Assembly (NCBI GenBank): GCA_964016885.1
Contig: OZ024740.1
Coordinates: 194,122,001-194,186,000, forward strand
Direction: 5' to 3'
Origin: Eledone cirrhosa
Lineage: Eukaryota
Length of the DNA: 64,000 nucleotides
The notes beneath the pieces are model-generated. The model was not told the DNA's origin. It was given only the letters and a program-made list of their open reading frames with translations, and did no database searches. Positions 43,911 through 58,810 of this stretch are shown here, piece after piece. Position 1 is the stretch's first letter. Each line of letters starts with the position of its first letter. The translations under genes and the position numbers were made by a program.

Positions 43911-44595
43911 ATGCTTTGGGAGGGTCATGTTGCATATAAGAAACACACACACCAGTTGTTTCACTCCAATTTATTATAAGTTAAATTTATAAATTTAAGA
44001 ATTAAATTTCCGGTTATTTGATTCCACAACCGGGCGGTTGTTCATATATTGTCATTGTTCTTTCGTCACACATTCTGTGACCTCTTCAGTGACTGGGGAT
44101 TATTTTCTCTGTTTTTGTGTCTCTCCGTTGTTCTGTCCTACGCCATCTTGTTTTTGTGTGCGTTGTGTGCTTAGTTTACAATTAAGGACAAAATGAAAAC
44201 GCACACATAGAACAATCAACCAACCAGTAACATGTAAATAAAGAAATAAATAAACAAATATAAACACACACAGGCACCCGGATGTAACACATGCGCAAAT
44301 TAAGCACACAACACACACATAAACAAGATGTAATCCCCAGTCACGAAAGAGGTCACAGAATGTGTGACGAAAGAACTTTGACAATATATGAACAACCGTC
44401 CGGTGGTGGAATCAACCAACCAACCGGAAATTTATAAATTCTTAAATTTATAAATTTAATTTATAATAAATTGGAGTGAAAGCAATGGTGCGTGTGTTTC
44501 TTATTGGCAAGATGACCCTCCCAAAGCATAACAATATCGGTTTCAACACACGTTTTCAGATAAAGAATCTTGCTAAACAAAATCAGAAACGAAAT
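43904..44595. mobile_element. ORF-less pLTR fold-back related to the 23061-26277 PLE, with two HHR copies
   Basis: 43904-44180 is inverted relative to 44296-44536. Terminal sequence is similar to the 23061-23140 pLTR end. HHR motifs at 44051-44093 (-) and 44340-44382 (+). TA-flanked. Confidence 0.8.
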
Positions 44596-45096
<501 letters not shown>

Positions 45097-46545
45097 TTCA
45101 TTAGTTAAGCAAATCAAGACCACAAATTCACATGGAAGACGTTCGTTAAAGTGTGTCAACATAGTTGCATTTTAATGTAAGGAATAAAGAGTGTCAACAT
45201 TAATTGCAGTTTAATGTAAGGAATAATAATTGTTTCTACTTTTGGCATAAGGCCAGCAATTATCCACTGTATTACTGGTACTTTATTTTATCGACCCCGT
45301 AAGGATCAAAGGCAAAGTTAACCTCGGCGGGATTTGAACTCAGAATGGCAAGTGCCGTAACTCTATGCGTCAAAGCATGGCGTCCGACTCTCTACCGATA
45401 CTGCCAAATGTACATTTACAATTGTATCACTACACCATATAATGTTTCTGGATCAATCGATTATTAGATCGTTATTGATCTGGTTCAGAGAAAGATAAGT
45501 AACTTAAGTAATATTATGGAGCAGTTCTTCAGAACGTCACATGAGATAATGAAAATATTGATATAGATAAAATGGAATAAGAAATATAAAATAAAATAAA
45601 GGAAGAGGGTTACGTTCCCGAAGAGGGTTTTGGAGAGCTCAAATGTCTGCTATAAACAAGCATTACGCATCTGTCGAAGCTATCGTAAACAAAATCTACC
45701 TATGCGTAACAAGATGGATACTTTTAGGAAATATATCTTATTAAGTAGAGACGGGTTTCGAAGGAGGTAACTCCTTGAAACGTTAAATTCACAAAAATGT
45801 ATAACTAAGAAAACGCAAAGGACCTTAAATGTGAGATAATGCAAGGGAGGTAACTTATATGTGTCTAACTGTAGGGCTAAATATTTAACCTGTTAGTTCT
45901 ATGTAAGGGCTAGATTATAGGATTATGTTGGGTCGAATGTTCTGTTCGCGAAGGAATTCGCCCTACGATGGTGACAGTTAATAACTATCTCATTTCTGTC
46001 GTTAATAGGTGGTGGGCGTGACAGACTTACGTGATAGGTCTCGGTAAGACAGAGATCGCAAGAGTGTCTACGTCCATTGAACGCTGGAGACCTAGCCAAG
46101 TTGTCCCAGGTTAGTGAGTGTTCAATGTTGGTTATTTTAAGGTTTTTAATGAGCCTAGCTAGAGATGTTGAGCATCTATTGCTAGGGTCGCGGAGAGAAA
46201 ATGAGTGCGCAATATAGCGTACCTTAAAAGGGTTAGAGGTAGAACCAATATAGGAGCTAGTATGTGATGTCGTTCTAACTGTGCACCCATATACTATATT
46301 GGGCGTAAGGCATTGTCCGTGCAGTAGGGTAACGGCAATTGCAATTACTGTTACGATTAGTAAGAGTAGGGTTGTTTAAACTATGTGGCTGGTGTGTACT
46401 AATAGCATTGGAGTGGGGATATGCTACTAGAATAAGTATTGGTGTGGTTGCGTGCTGTATATATTGGGGGGTACCGCGGTGTGGGAATTATATTTTTTTA
46501 GTTTATTAAGGTTGCTGAATGCGATGTGGCTAGCTAGGTTCGGTG
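45097..46545 (-). mobile_element. PLE 3' fragment family B (second copy) with SINE insertion
   Basis: Collinear with 35987-37240 (CNCRYP, YIGSTSNPFKVRYIAH, SCDLCLTE). Small deletion in the Cys linker. Confidence 0.88.
45225..45408 (-). mobile_element. tRNA-derived SINE (same family as 25841-26020)
   Basis: ttttatcgaccccgtaaggatcaaaggcaaagttaacctcggcgggatttgaactcag...ccgatactgcc. Confidence 0.88.
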
Positions 46546-46597
46546 TTGTGGAGAAAGAGATTATATATATATACATATATATATAGCGGCGATGAAT

Positions 46598-48110
46598 TAG
46601 TTTTGCGAGGTTTTTTATATGAAATCGTGTGTCGAAACAGATATTGTTATATTTGGGGAGGGTCATATTTGCGTAATATTGCCAGAATTAATAACAGAAC
46701 ACACTCACTGTTTGGTTGGTTTTCGCTTCTCGCTGTCTTTTATATCTGCGGTCTAACTTACTCGGTCCTCAATGTTGCCATTGACTGACCGACGGTCAAA
46801 AATAATACAGATACAATATAGACACAAACACATATATATAGTTTACATAATTTACATAAATCTTTCGTTGCACATCTGCAACATCGTCAGTGGTGTTATA
46901 TTCATTGTTCCTCCTGTTGTGTTGTATGTCTACGCCATTTTTTTTATTCAGTCTGTCTATATATTTATTTATTTATTTGCTTGTTTGTTTATCTTATTTT
47001 ATTTTGTCTTCTTTGCGCATGCGTTTGCGTGTGTGTATAGTGTTATGTGTGATGTGTGACTAGTGTGTATAGTGTTGTATCTGCTGGGTGACTAGTGTGT
47101 GTTTATGTGCTTGTTGTTATTGTGCTTGTGTATGTATTTATTTATCTTATTTTATTTTATTTTATTTACTTATTTATACTTCTCTTAGGTCAGTGTTGTT
47201 TGTTTGGGTGTTGTTGTTGTTCCACTCATTCTTTCTGTTTAGCTTTGGTCTTCTAATTTCTATTTCACTGGCCTCTCTGATTTGCCTATCTGCTGGGTCA
47301 TTCCTATGTTTAGATATTATTCTAATTTCTATGTTGTCTATGTTACCGTCATGTTGTTGTCTAGCATGTTCGTATAGTACTGACCCGTTTTTTCGTCCTT
47401 TTAGTTCCCCCCAGTGTTGGTCTATCCTTTCACCTATGCTACGAGCTGTCTCACCTATATATGTTGTTGTCATGTTTCTGCAAGTACCCTCTGTACATCT
47501 TATGCTATAGACTACGTTTCTAGTTTTACAGTTTATCCGGGGGTTCACCTTACATATGATACATTTCCTATTGGTACAGTGGGTTTTCTTAAAAGGGTAG
47601 GTTTTGCTGATCAGGGATTTTATGGTGGTTCCTGGCTTTTCTACCACCTTTATTTTTAAGTGGGTCTTTCTCAGGGCCTTTCTACACTGGTTAGCTAATT
47701 TCCATCCAGGGGTAGCGTCCACAAACATGACACTCTGATATCTCTGGTTGTCGTACCATGATGTGGCCTTCCCTATCTTATGTCTAGCCCTATCTAAGCT
47801 ATTCCATGATTTGCTCCTGTATAGTGGGCAAATTCCTTTCATGTCCAGTTCTATGAGGGTCTTATACTTTTCCATGGCGATGTGCAACGAAAGATTTATG
47901 TAAATTATGTAAACTATATATATGTGTTTGTGTCTATATTGTATCTGTATTATTTTTGACCGTCGCTCAGTCAATGGCAACATTGAGGACCGAGTAAGTT
48001 AGACCGCAGATATAAAAGACAGCGAGAAGCGAAAACCAACCAAACAGTGAGTGTGTTCTGTTATTAATTCTGGCAATATTACGCAAATATGACCCTCCCC
48101 AAATATAACC
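46598..48110 (-). mobile_element. 5'-truncated copy of the 23061-26277 PLE with inverted pLTR (47880-48110)
   Basis: Near-identical thumb/GIY-YIG region and pLTR. ORF 47174-47983 is a chimera of inverted pLTR and true coding sequence. HHR at 46855-46897 (-). Confidence 0.93.
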
Positions 48111-48170
48111 ATATATATATATATATACTTATATACACATATATATGTATATACACACACATATATATAT

Positions 48171-48238
<68 letters not shown>

Positions 48239-48377
48239 GAGTTAAACAAGATTCAATGAGTACATCAAAGAATGAGTTTTACAGTAGATTGGAAGCTCTC
48301 TACAGTTAATTATTTTCCAGAGTTATTAATATTAAAATACAAATATTAATAAAATAGATGTTCTTTTGATCAATTAA

Positions 48378-48430
48378 ATTTTATTATACATATTTCAGAG
48401 GTACAACAGTACGTCCTCATCAGACAAAAT
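48378..48430 (-). ncRNA. Hammerhead ribozyme, core intact (inverted pLTR)
   Basis: attttgt-CTGATGA-ggacgtac(tgtt)gtacctct-GAAA-tatgta-TA-ataaaat. Confidence 0.78.
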
Positions 48431-51400
48431 ATAATGATACATGACATACCCTGAGATGTTAAATGGTTAAGATTTAATCAAGGTAGTGATTAACCTAAGA
48501 GAAAACTCAACATTTATACCCTAATAATGAGAAATTCGAAAACGTAATAAATTCCATAGATGATGTATGAGTAAGAAAAACGTTAAATAATAAATAATAA
48601 ATATGCTATTGTACAAATATCTATTTAGGGTTTATTCCTCTCATGAAGGTAGAACTTATATAGAGATTTTAAAACAGAAATGCTCGGTATAATTAAAAAA
48701 ATTAAATTTAGGAAAAACCCATATATAGTTCACCAATACCTTAGAACGCTAAAAGAATAAATCACGGAAATAAAAGAAGTTAACAAAGTATTGGTTAAAT
48801 CGGACAAAACTAATAATGTATATGGGATAAACAAAGATGAATATAACAACTTGAATTTAAAGGAACTTAGGAAAAATTATAAAAAATAGCTCCGGCTGAT
48901 GATCTTACTGAAATTAACGAAGATGCCTATAAATGAATTACCAATTTAGGAATAGAAGGAAGAACCGAACCATTTTTACCTAGGCAGCCGAGGATTAACT
49001 TAAAGGATCACGAAAGAAACGTTGAGGAAGATATGCCAGTTAGATTGATTGCTCCATCCAAATCGGATATTGGAGTAATCAGTAAAAACATCATCGATAG
49101 AATCTTACCCACTCTTAAATTAAGATCTAATTTGAGCTTGTGGAAAGATATAAATGAAGTCATAGAATGGTACAGGAATATAGATGATAAGAAAAACCAT
49201 AAATTCATCCAGATGGACATAACAAGCTACTATTCTTCCATAACACCTAACCTTCTAAATAAGGCTCTTTCATATGCTTATAAGCATACAGATCTAACCA
49301 CGGATGAAATTGATATCATACTAACAGCCAGAAGAACTCTTATTAACTTCAACAATGAATATTGGACCCGCTCAGATAGAGATAGAAACTTTGATATCAC
49401 GATGTGGGCATCCAATTCTGCGCAAATCACAGATTTTCTGGGAATGTTCATATTAAATATGATAAATAGAAAACTGTCGGAGATTACCGGTGGTTTATAT
49501 AGGGACGACATTTTATTTACGGTGGTCAAACATAACAATATAGAACTAAATAGAGTAAAGAAAAGTATAATAGAATTCTTTAAAATGTATGATCTTAAGT
49601 TAGAAGTAGAAAATGGTACCAAAATTGTTAATTTCCTAGACTTTACGTTTAACTTAAACACTGGCTTTTATTACCCTTTTCATAAGCCCAATGAAAACTT
49701 AAACTATGTTAGTAACCATTCCAATCACACTAAATCTGTAAAAAAAAAGCTATAGTAAATAGTGTGCAAAAACGAATTAATAAAATATCAGCCAATAAAG
49801 ATATATTTGACGAAAGTGCTGAATACTACAACAACGTGTTAAAAAAAGCAGGATATGTGAATAATATAGAATATGTAGATAATAATAATCAAAGTCTTAA
49901 TCCTGATAAAAAAAAATAATAACATATATAAACGAAACTCTAATAATTATAATTCAAACACCCATACGCCAAACAAATTGAGGAAAAGAACTAGAACTAA
50001 ATCAGTCATATGGTTCGCCCCCGCCCCTGCTTCGGTTGCAGTTAGAACACCAATTGCAAAATTATTCTTTAATGCTTTGGACACCTCTTTCCCTACTCAA
50101 CATAAATACCATTCCATTTTTAATAGACACACCATTAAATTGTCGTATTCTACAACTATGAACATGGCCCAAAACATTGCTAAATTAATCACTAAAATTC
50201 TAAAACAGAACCAGTATAATGATCTTAATAATAGCGTTAACATAAATGATACTAAACCAAAATGTAATTGTAGAAATAAAACTGACTGCCCTCTGCAAAA
50301 TAATCGTCTAGATAGTAATTTGGTTTATAAATGGACCGTAAAAACTGATCACAACACATACAACTACATAGGATCGACTTCTTCTACATTTAAAGCCAGA
50401 TTTGCGAACCATAAATGCTCATTTTCGAACTCCAAGAGGAAATCATCCACTTCTTTATCACAGCTCATATGGTCATTAAAAGAGAGGAATTTAAAATACT
50501 CCATTCTTGGGACGAAACCTCGGAATTGTGGAGTTTACCGCAACTCAAGTATATCAAGTAACTGCGCGCTCTGTACAATGGAGTCCCTATTTATTATTAA
50601 TAACTATGAGACCCTAATTAACAAAAAAAAGTGAATTATTCTCTAATTGCCTTCATAAAGCTACGTCTACATTCCTAGCCTCCCATAAGACCAGAAAAAA
50701 ACAGTAAGCCATTAAACTTGGTTTTTAGACGTAAATAATCAACAGGTGAAAACCTTAATGGCCTTTAATATTGCTTTATCTTATAACCATCTTTAGAAGG
50801 AATAACGCTCGAAAGAATGACACTTGTTCAATAACACGCTGACACGTTGATATACATAACATAATATTATTAACTTTGATCCATACCATTATTTCTCTAT
50901 CTTTATTTCCCTATCTAAGTTTCAATTTTAGTTTAAATATCCAACTTGTAAATGTTTACGGAACTTATTTTTAACTGTGAATCATTCATGTGTTTACACT
51001 CTTTTATTTATAATATGTATGTACTTATATGTTGTAAGTTTTTAAATATACCTACCTTTATATTTTTCTATCCATGATTTAAATATAGTGCAAATATCAA
51101 ACCTGTAAATTTTTACGGACCTTATTTTGAACTGTGAATCATCCATGCGTTTACACTCTTTTTATATACATGTTGAAATCTATTTTATAAGATTATAATC
51201 GTTATCATTTACCAAAATTTTGCTGTCTCACTAATACTTAGTATACCTAACTTTTAGATAATTTTTAAATTTTTAGATTATATATTTTGAACTGTGAATA
51301 ATTCATGCCTTTACACTCTTTTATATATATGTATGTATTTAACTTTAGCATGTTTGAATCTATTATTTTATATTCGTTATCATTTACCAAAAGTATACTG

Positions 51401-51704
51401 GCTCATTAATACTTAGTATATCTCTCTATACCTAATTTTTATTTTTGCAAATAAGTGTATCTGTATAATAACATAATCATATTATTAGTTACGTATATCT
51501 CAGCTTTGGGGTTTTTTTGGCATATATATCTATAGTGTATAATAACATAATTACTGTTTTGGCTGAACGCTATATATAGTTTGTGCAAATATAGATATTT
51601 GTACAATAGCATATTTATTATTTAGAGTTTATTCCTCTCATGAAGGTAGAACTTATATAGAGATTTAATATAATATAACAAATATTAATTTATTACCATA
51701 ATTC

Positions 51705-51746
<42 letters not shown>

Positions 51747-52433
51747 AGTCGCTGAAAAATCTGCGTTAATCATTACACTAACTATTTGACAATACATTTT
51801 TAGATATTTCCAACAATAAGTACTTCATAAGCTTTACATACCGAACATGTTGACATTCTTATAGGTAGTTTTCGTTAAAGATTACATTTAGGAAAATATT
51901 CAACAGTGTAAATTTTCCTTTCGCTGGCCAAGTAAATCCTTTAAATTTTGTCTTCATAAAATTCAGAATTTTAGAAATGTTAACACATTTATAGAATTCA
52001 TAAAATTAATAAATATAAATAACCATCAACTTTTAAAAAACTTAAAATTTTGATTCTTCACCCTTAAAATAACATAAATTAAATATTTTGAATCTTAACC
52101 GTTTAGCCTTTAAGGAAAAAAAATTGTTATGCATATATTACTCCCCTTTATCTCTCCCTCTCTTTAAATCTTCTATCAGTTGCCTTCATAAACGGTTATA
52201 ATTCAAGAAACGTTTTCCTAGATAACCATAACTTGTAGTATCCCACATTTTAAAATCTCTATAGCTGTCACATTAAGCAACGTTTTTCTTACTCATACAT
52301 CCTCTATTGAATTTATTACGTTTTTGCATTTTCTCATTATTAGGGTATAAATGTTGAGTTTTCTCTTAGGTTAATCACTACCTTGATTAAATCTTAACCA
52401 TTTAACATCTCAGGGTATGTCATGTATCATTAT

Positions 52434-52486
52434 ATTTTGTCTGATAAGGACGTACTGTTGTACCTCTGAAATATGTATAATAAAAT
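52434..52486 (+). ncRNA. Hammerhead motif in 3' pLTR, G8A mutated
   Basis: Identical to 48378-48430 except CTGATAA. Confidence 0.72.
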
Positions 52487-52526
52487 TTAATTGATCAAAA
52501 GAACATCTATTTTATTAATATTTGTA

Positions 52527-52563
<37 letters not shown>

Positions 52564-52785
52564 GATTATGTCATTTATTTTGTCTGACTCGTTTAGCTTG
52601 ACTCGTGTTTTTGGCTTAGGTGGTTAATGGCTTCTTGACCGCCTTCTCAGTTTGTATGGCCTTTATAACCTATGTTTATTGATCTGGTCTCTTTAGACCA
52701 TGGAGCGCTTGCCAACATGACTCGAAATTTGGGTTGCGTTTCGCTTTTTCTACCCGCCGAAATGCGATTCTCGCTGAATTTATAT

Positions 52786-54510
<1,725 letters not shown>

Positions 54511-54617
54511 GCATGGAGAGGGATATATATATATATATAAGTGTATGAAGTGTGATTCATGATCTGTAAAAAGTTGCCGAAATGTATCACAGTTTTCAAA
54601 ATTGCATATATATATAT

Positions 54618-54703
<86 letters not shown>

Positions 54704-54869
54704 AATAGAGATGTAAAATCATGGCCGTGGCATCTAGTCAAAAACCACTTGGCGCCGGGGTCGGGATTTTACTTATCTCTATACCCACTCTCTATCTCCC
54801 CATGCTTAGTGGTCTCACCACCGCACACACATAATATGTAATAATATCTCACACTCACTATCTTCCTTC

Positions 54870-54975
<106 letters not shown>

Positions 54976-54976
54976 T

Positions 54977-55014
<38 letters not shown>

Positions 55015-56292
55015 GCATATATAATTGTGCTATACTTATCTGTTCATCCTCATTAAAGCGGTGATTATATTCAAAAATGGTATCATATTACAAGCAACGT
55101 TATTATACTTTCACACAAAAGCAATTAAAAGGAAATTTGTAATTACTGATTACACTCGTTATAAAATCCATCTGGAATCCGAATACACTTTTTTAAATGA
55201 ATATTTCAGTTGCTTGTCAGACGTCAGTTAAGGTGAGTGTTTCGCTCTTGACGTAACGAAGAACAAGCAGCATTGCGCTAAGAAAGAATATAAGTAAATA
55301 CAAATTTGTGTCTCTAATAATAACGACGCTTTATTTCTATGTGGTTTTACACAGTTAATACGAATATATTAATTTCTCTATAACACAGTATGATGATGAA
55401 TACTTCAATCTGAGCTTATTGCTGTACTCGATTCTAAGCTCCACGTCAAACAACATCGGTCGAGCGATCGTATGCCTATCGGGGGTATAACAGCCCTGAG
55501 CATCTCATTTTGTTCTTAGAACAAACATATTTCACGGAACAAATATATTTATGGTACAATCATATTTCATCTTTCTTTTTTAATACAAATGTGTGTGATC
55601 TGAAGAAGAAATCGCTATTTCTAGCAGTTATACTGACCGTCAATATGTACACAGATATTATAAACATTTTGAGTAAGATAATTTCAGTTATGTTGGGGTG
55701 GTTTGTCTTCTAATGTATTGGGTTATATGGGCTAAATAGTCGTTTATTTTACTGCAATTCATTCTTTGACGAATTGAACCGAGATCCACACAGTATCAAA
55801 ATATTTATCACATGTACAGTTTTATCGCTTTTGCTTTCATAAATTGTCACTGATAATGATTGTTACCTATGTCAGTCAAGAGATAAATGTGATACTTATA
55901 AGTCTTATGAGTGGGTTATATATGCCATCAATATACATTAGATAATACATTGATCACAATGGGAGTTAGTTTAGTTAATTAGAAATAACGTATATTGCTA
56001 CATGTGCACACAGAGAAATGTAAGTTGAATAGATTAAAAGACAAATTGGTATCCAACTCACAATGCTTAGATTAGTATTCTCTACCGTAACACGAGAAGC
56101 CATATGTATAGAACACAAATGTAATGTTGGAAACAGTTTGAACAAAACAAATAACCTAATGACGAGCTTCTCTGCAAGCGTGTTTGTAAAAGATGAACGT
56201 ATTTAGAATAAACTAATTTCTTGCCCTTGTCTTCCGAAATATGCATATAAGGTGCACCATATATATATATGTGCGGGGGGGGGGGGGTATCA

Positions 56293-56700
56293 TAATAATT
56301 GTTTCTACTTTTAGCACAAGGTCAGCAATTATTCCAGTATATTACTGGTACTTTATTTTATCGACCCCGTAAGGATGAAAGGCAAAGTTTACCTCGGCGG
56401 GATTTGAACTCAGAATGGCAAGGGCCGTAACTCTATGCGTATAATAATAATGATTTCTGATTTAGGCACAAGGCTAACAATTGTTTTTTTGGGGGGATAG
56501 ATTGAATTGATTCCAGTGCGTTACTGGTACTTTATTTTGTCGATCCCGTAAAGATGAAAGGCAAAGCTAACCTCGGTGGGATGCTTTGCCTTTCATCCTT
56601 ATGATTTCGATAAAATGAAGTACCAGAAATGCTCTGGAGTGGATTTAATCGACCCCCCCCCCAACACACACAAATATTTGGGCCCCGTTTCTTAATCAAG
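56293..56700. mobile_element. Cluster of three truncated SINEs (-, -, +)
   Basis: Central domain at about 56345-56412 (-), 56520-56582 (-) and 56584-56626 (+). Confidence 0.85.
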
Positions 56701-56939
56701 AACTGTCTTTCAGCTTTAGTTGTTTGGATTTCTTCCCAAATCATTAAATTACATTCTACACATGCAGACACTCCAGGGATGCTTCCTTTCTAGAGAGACA
56801 TATTCAGGTATTTATTCTAACAGAAAATCTAACAAAGAAGAAAAGCTTACCTTTAACGTTCAGAAGTGGTATCGGTCTGAATTGGTCGTTGTCGCTTCAG
56901 TTTTGCTCTTTGGGGGAGTATATACCCTCGGCTCTCATC

Positions 56940-57480
56940 CATTGGTTACTCATCTTCAGGTTCTTCCATGCTGACCTTATAATTTTGTGGAGCCACTCAA
57001 AGACTCTGGGGCATTTCTTGTACAAGATGTAGTGTATTCTGTTTGGCCCGGCGATGATGATTTTACCCTGGCTCTCTTAACCACATTCATTAATTCATCC
57101 AGTGTTGGTGACCTGTCACCCAACAGAACTGGCAATATTAGACCCTGAATTTCAAGTGATTTCTCAAAGGAGGAGGCAACCTTCATCTGTTTCTTGAGTT
57201 CAATCTTTTTCCTCCGAATGTTATCCCTCTCTGGCTGACGTCTGTATTTCCGAGGCGGTGTCTTTGTTTGTAATATATTACTCCATAGGCATCATTGCAG
57301 AGTGAGTAAACAATGTCTCCGAATGTGGATAATTTGTGTTTCAGGGTGCTCTCTTTCCTATGAGTGCACTCAAGTTCTGGACTATTCTGTCATCTAACGT
57401 CTCCCATTCCTCTTTGTTACGTGCAGGCGGCAAGTTAAACTTAAAGCGCTTGGTGTCAAGAGCCTGCATAAATTCCTCGT
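56940..57480 (-). mobile_element. Remnant of an RLE-type non-LTR retrotransposon (HERO/NeSL-like), pre-RT region
   Basis: KFNLPPARNKEEWETLDD, FGDIVYSLC, PTLDELMNVVKRARVKSS then PGPNRIHYILYKKCP across a frameshift. Confidence 0.6.
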
Positions 57481-57814
57481 CTGAATTAACAACATAGATT
57501 TACTTGCCTCTGGGTTATATAGTCATTTGTTTAGCATAGTCGATGTTGTGCTTTGTCATTCACCAGGATTTAAAAAGAGAAAACAATCTGTAAGTGAGAA
57601 GAGTACGATTACAGACTTATGGTTTTGAATAACGGAAATAGTTAAATATAAAGGGGAAAGGCTCATCGAGATATAATTCATACAGACTCATATACAAAAA
57701 ATGATTACATTATCGAGGGAATATTGTATCACTAACTGTGAAAATTATCAAAGACTTCGAATTAATGATTGAACTTAGAAGAGAAAAAAGATTATATATT
57801 GTAAAAGACTGAAA

Positions 57815-58145
57815 AGATGTTCATCGCCAGAGAACGTCTCTAGGCTCAACCTAAGAGAACATTAGTCTACGACCTCTATTATACCATAAACGTGGTTCTG
57901 TCTTTGCGCGTAATTGTTTTTCACCGCTCCTATTAATGACGTATTATATTCGTTTTTTCACGTTCTTAGCCAGCGAACGTTTCCACGAACCAAAGTATCG
58001 TCTTCCTGTCTTCCTCCGGTTGCAACGTTTTTTGAAATATCCAGTTCTGCGTTTACAGATTGACTTTGTTAGTTTCAGAAGATCCCGTTAAGGGTGAAAG
58101 CAGCTATTCCTTGCTTAAACTTTAATCTGTTATTTTAATAAATAT
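57815..58145 (+). mobile_element. Solo family-A pLTR fragment with variant HHR at 58071-58121
   Basis: Reverse complement of the 9355-9680 and 41905-42230 copies; ends in (TA)n. Confidence 0.82.
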
Positions 58146-58162
58146 ATATATGTATATATATT

Positions 58163-58810
58163 CAATTAAGTTAAAAATGTACATCTACATATGCATACTG
58201 AAATACTAGTGTGTATATGAATACACACACGTATACATATGTAGGTGTACCAAGTCTTTCACTGGTCGCTTTACAGTGAGCGGCCCAGCTATTCTGTATG
58301 TAAACACACAGACAAATTTAATTTCGTTTCGTTATTTGTTTTTATCGTCTCCGCTGAACCGGTGCGTACTCACACTCTATGCAAATTAGTCTGCCCACTA
58401 CTAATTTTCATAGAAAAAGCATATAACGATATGTGCTTTTACAATCCTCCAGAAAGGCCGGTAGATAGGTAAATATTGCTGATGAGTTGTAACAACAACG
58501 AAACTAGTTCAATATTCCTTGTCTGGCTTTCTGGAGAATAGGGGGAAGGTGTTCCCCCGAAAAACCAGTATGACTCTAAAAACCGGTTTGTCTGTGTGTT
58601 TACATACAGAATAGCTGGGCCGCTCACTGTAAAGCGACCAGTGAAAGACTTGGTACACCTACATATGTATACGTGTGTGTATTCATATACACACTAGTAT
58701 TTCAGTATGCATATGTAGATGTACATTTTTAACTTAATTGTTTAAGCGTCAGTCATACAAAAGTGAGTTACAAACGAAACAAAATTTAATTTCGTTTCGT
58801 TATTTGTTTG
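58163..58810 (+). mobile_element. ORF-less fold-back element with central intact HHR (retrozyme-like, 468-bp unit)
   Basis: Apparently perfect inverted repeat of about 154 bp (58163-58316 and 58587-58740); 28-bp direct repeat at 58314 and 58782; TA at both ends. Confidence 0.88.
58472..58516 (+). ncRNA. Intact minimal type-I hammerhead ribozyme
   Basis: aatattg-CTGATGA-gttgt(aaca)acaac-GAAA-ctag-TT-caatatt: all core nucleotides canonical, perfect stems I (7 bp) and II (5 bp), palindromic ACTAGT stem III. Predicted cut after 58509. Confidence 0.9.

Larger units (their letters stand above)
48235..52535 (+). mobile_element. PLE (Hydra-clade-like), near-complete RT plus GIY-YIG, long AT-rich 3' region, inverted 5' pLTR
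   Basis: VKSDKTNNVY, LKDHE, VRLIAPSKSDIG, MDITSYYSSI, FDITM, GLYRDD, VNFLDFTFNL, SNH, VIWFAP, CNCRNKTDCPL, YIGSTSSTFKARFANH, CALCTME; several frameshifts. About 48325-48585 is the reverse complement of about 52278-52535. Confidence 0.92.

Noticed and set aside
47174-47983. 269-aa ORF as a stand-alone GIY-YIG gene with a novel N-terminus
   Set aside because: The first roughly 35 codons come from the inverted pLTR; this is an accidental in-frame fusion at a truncation junction.
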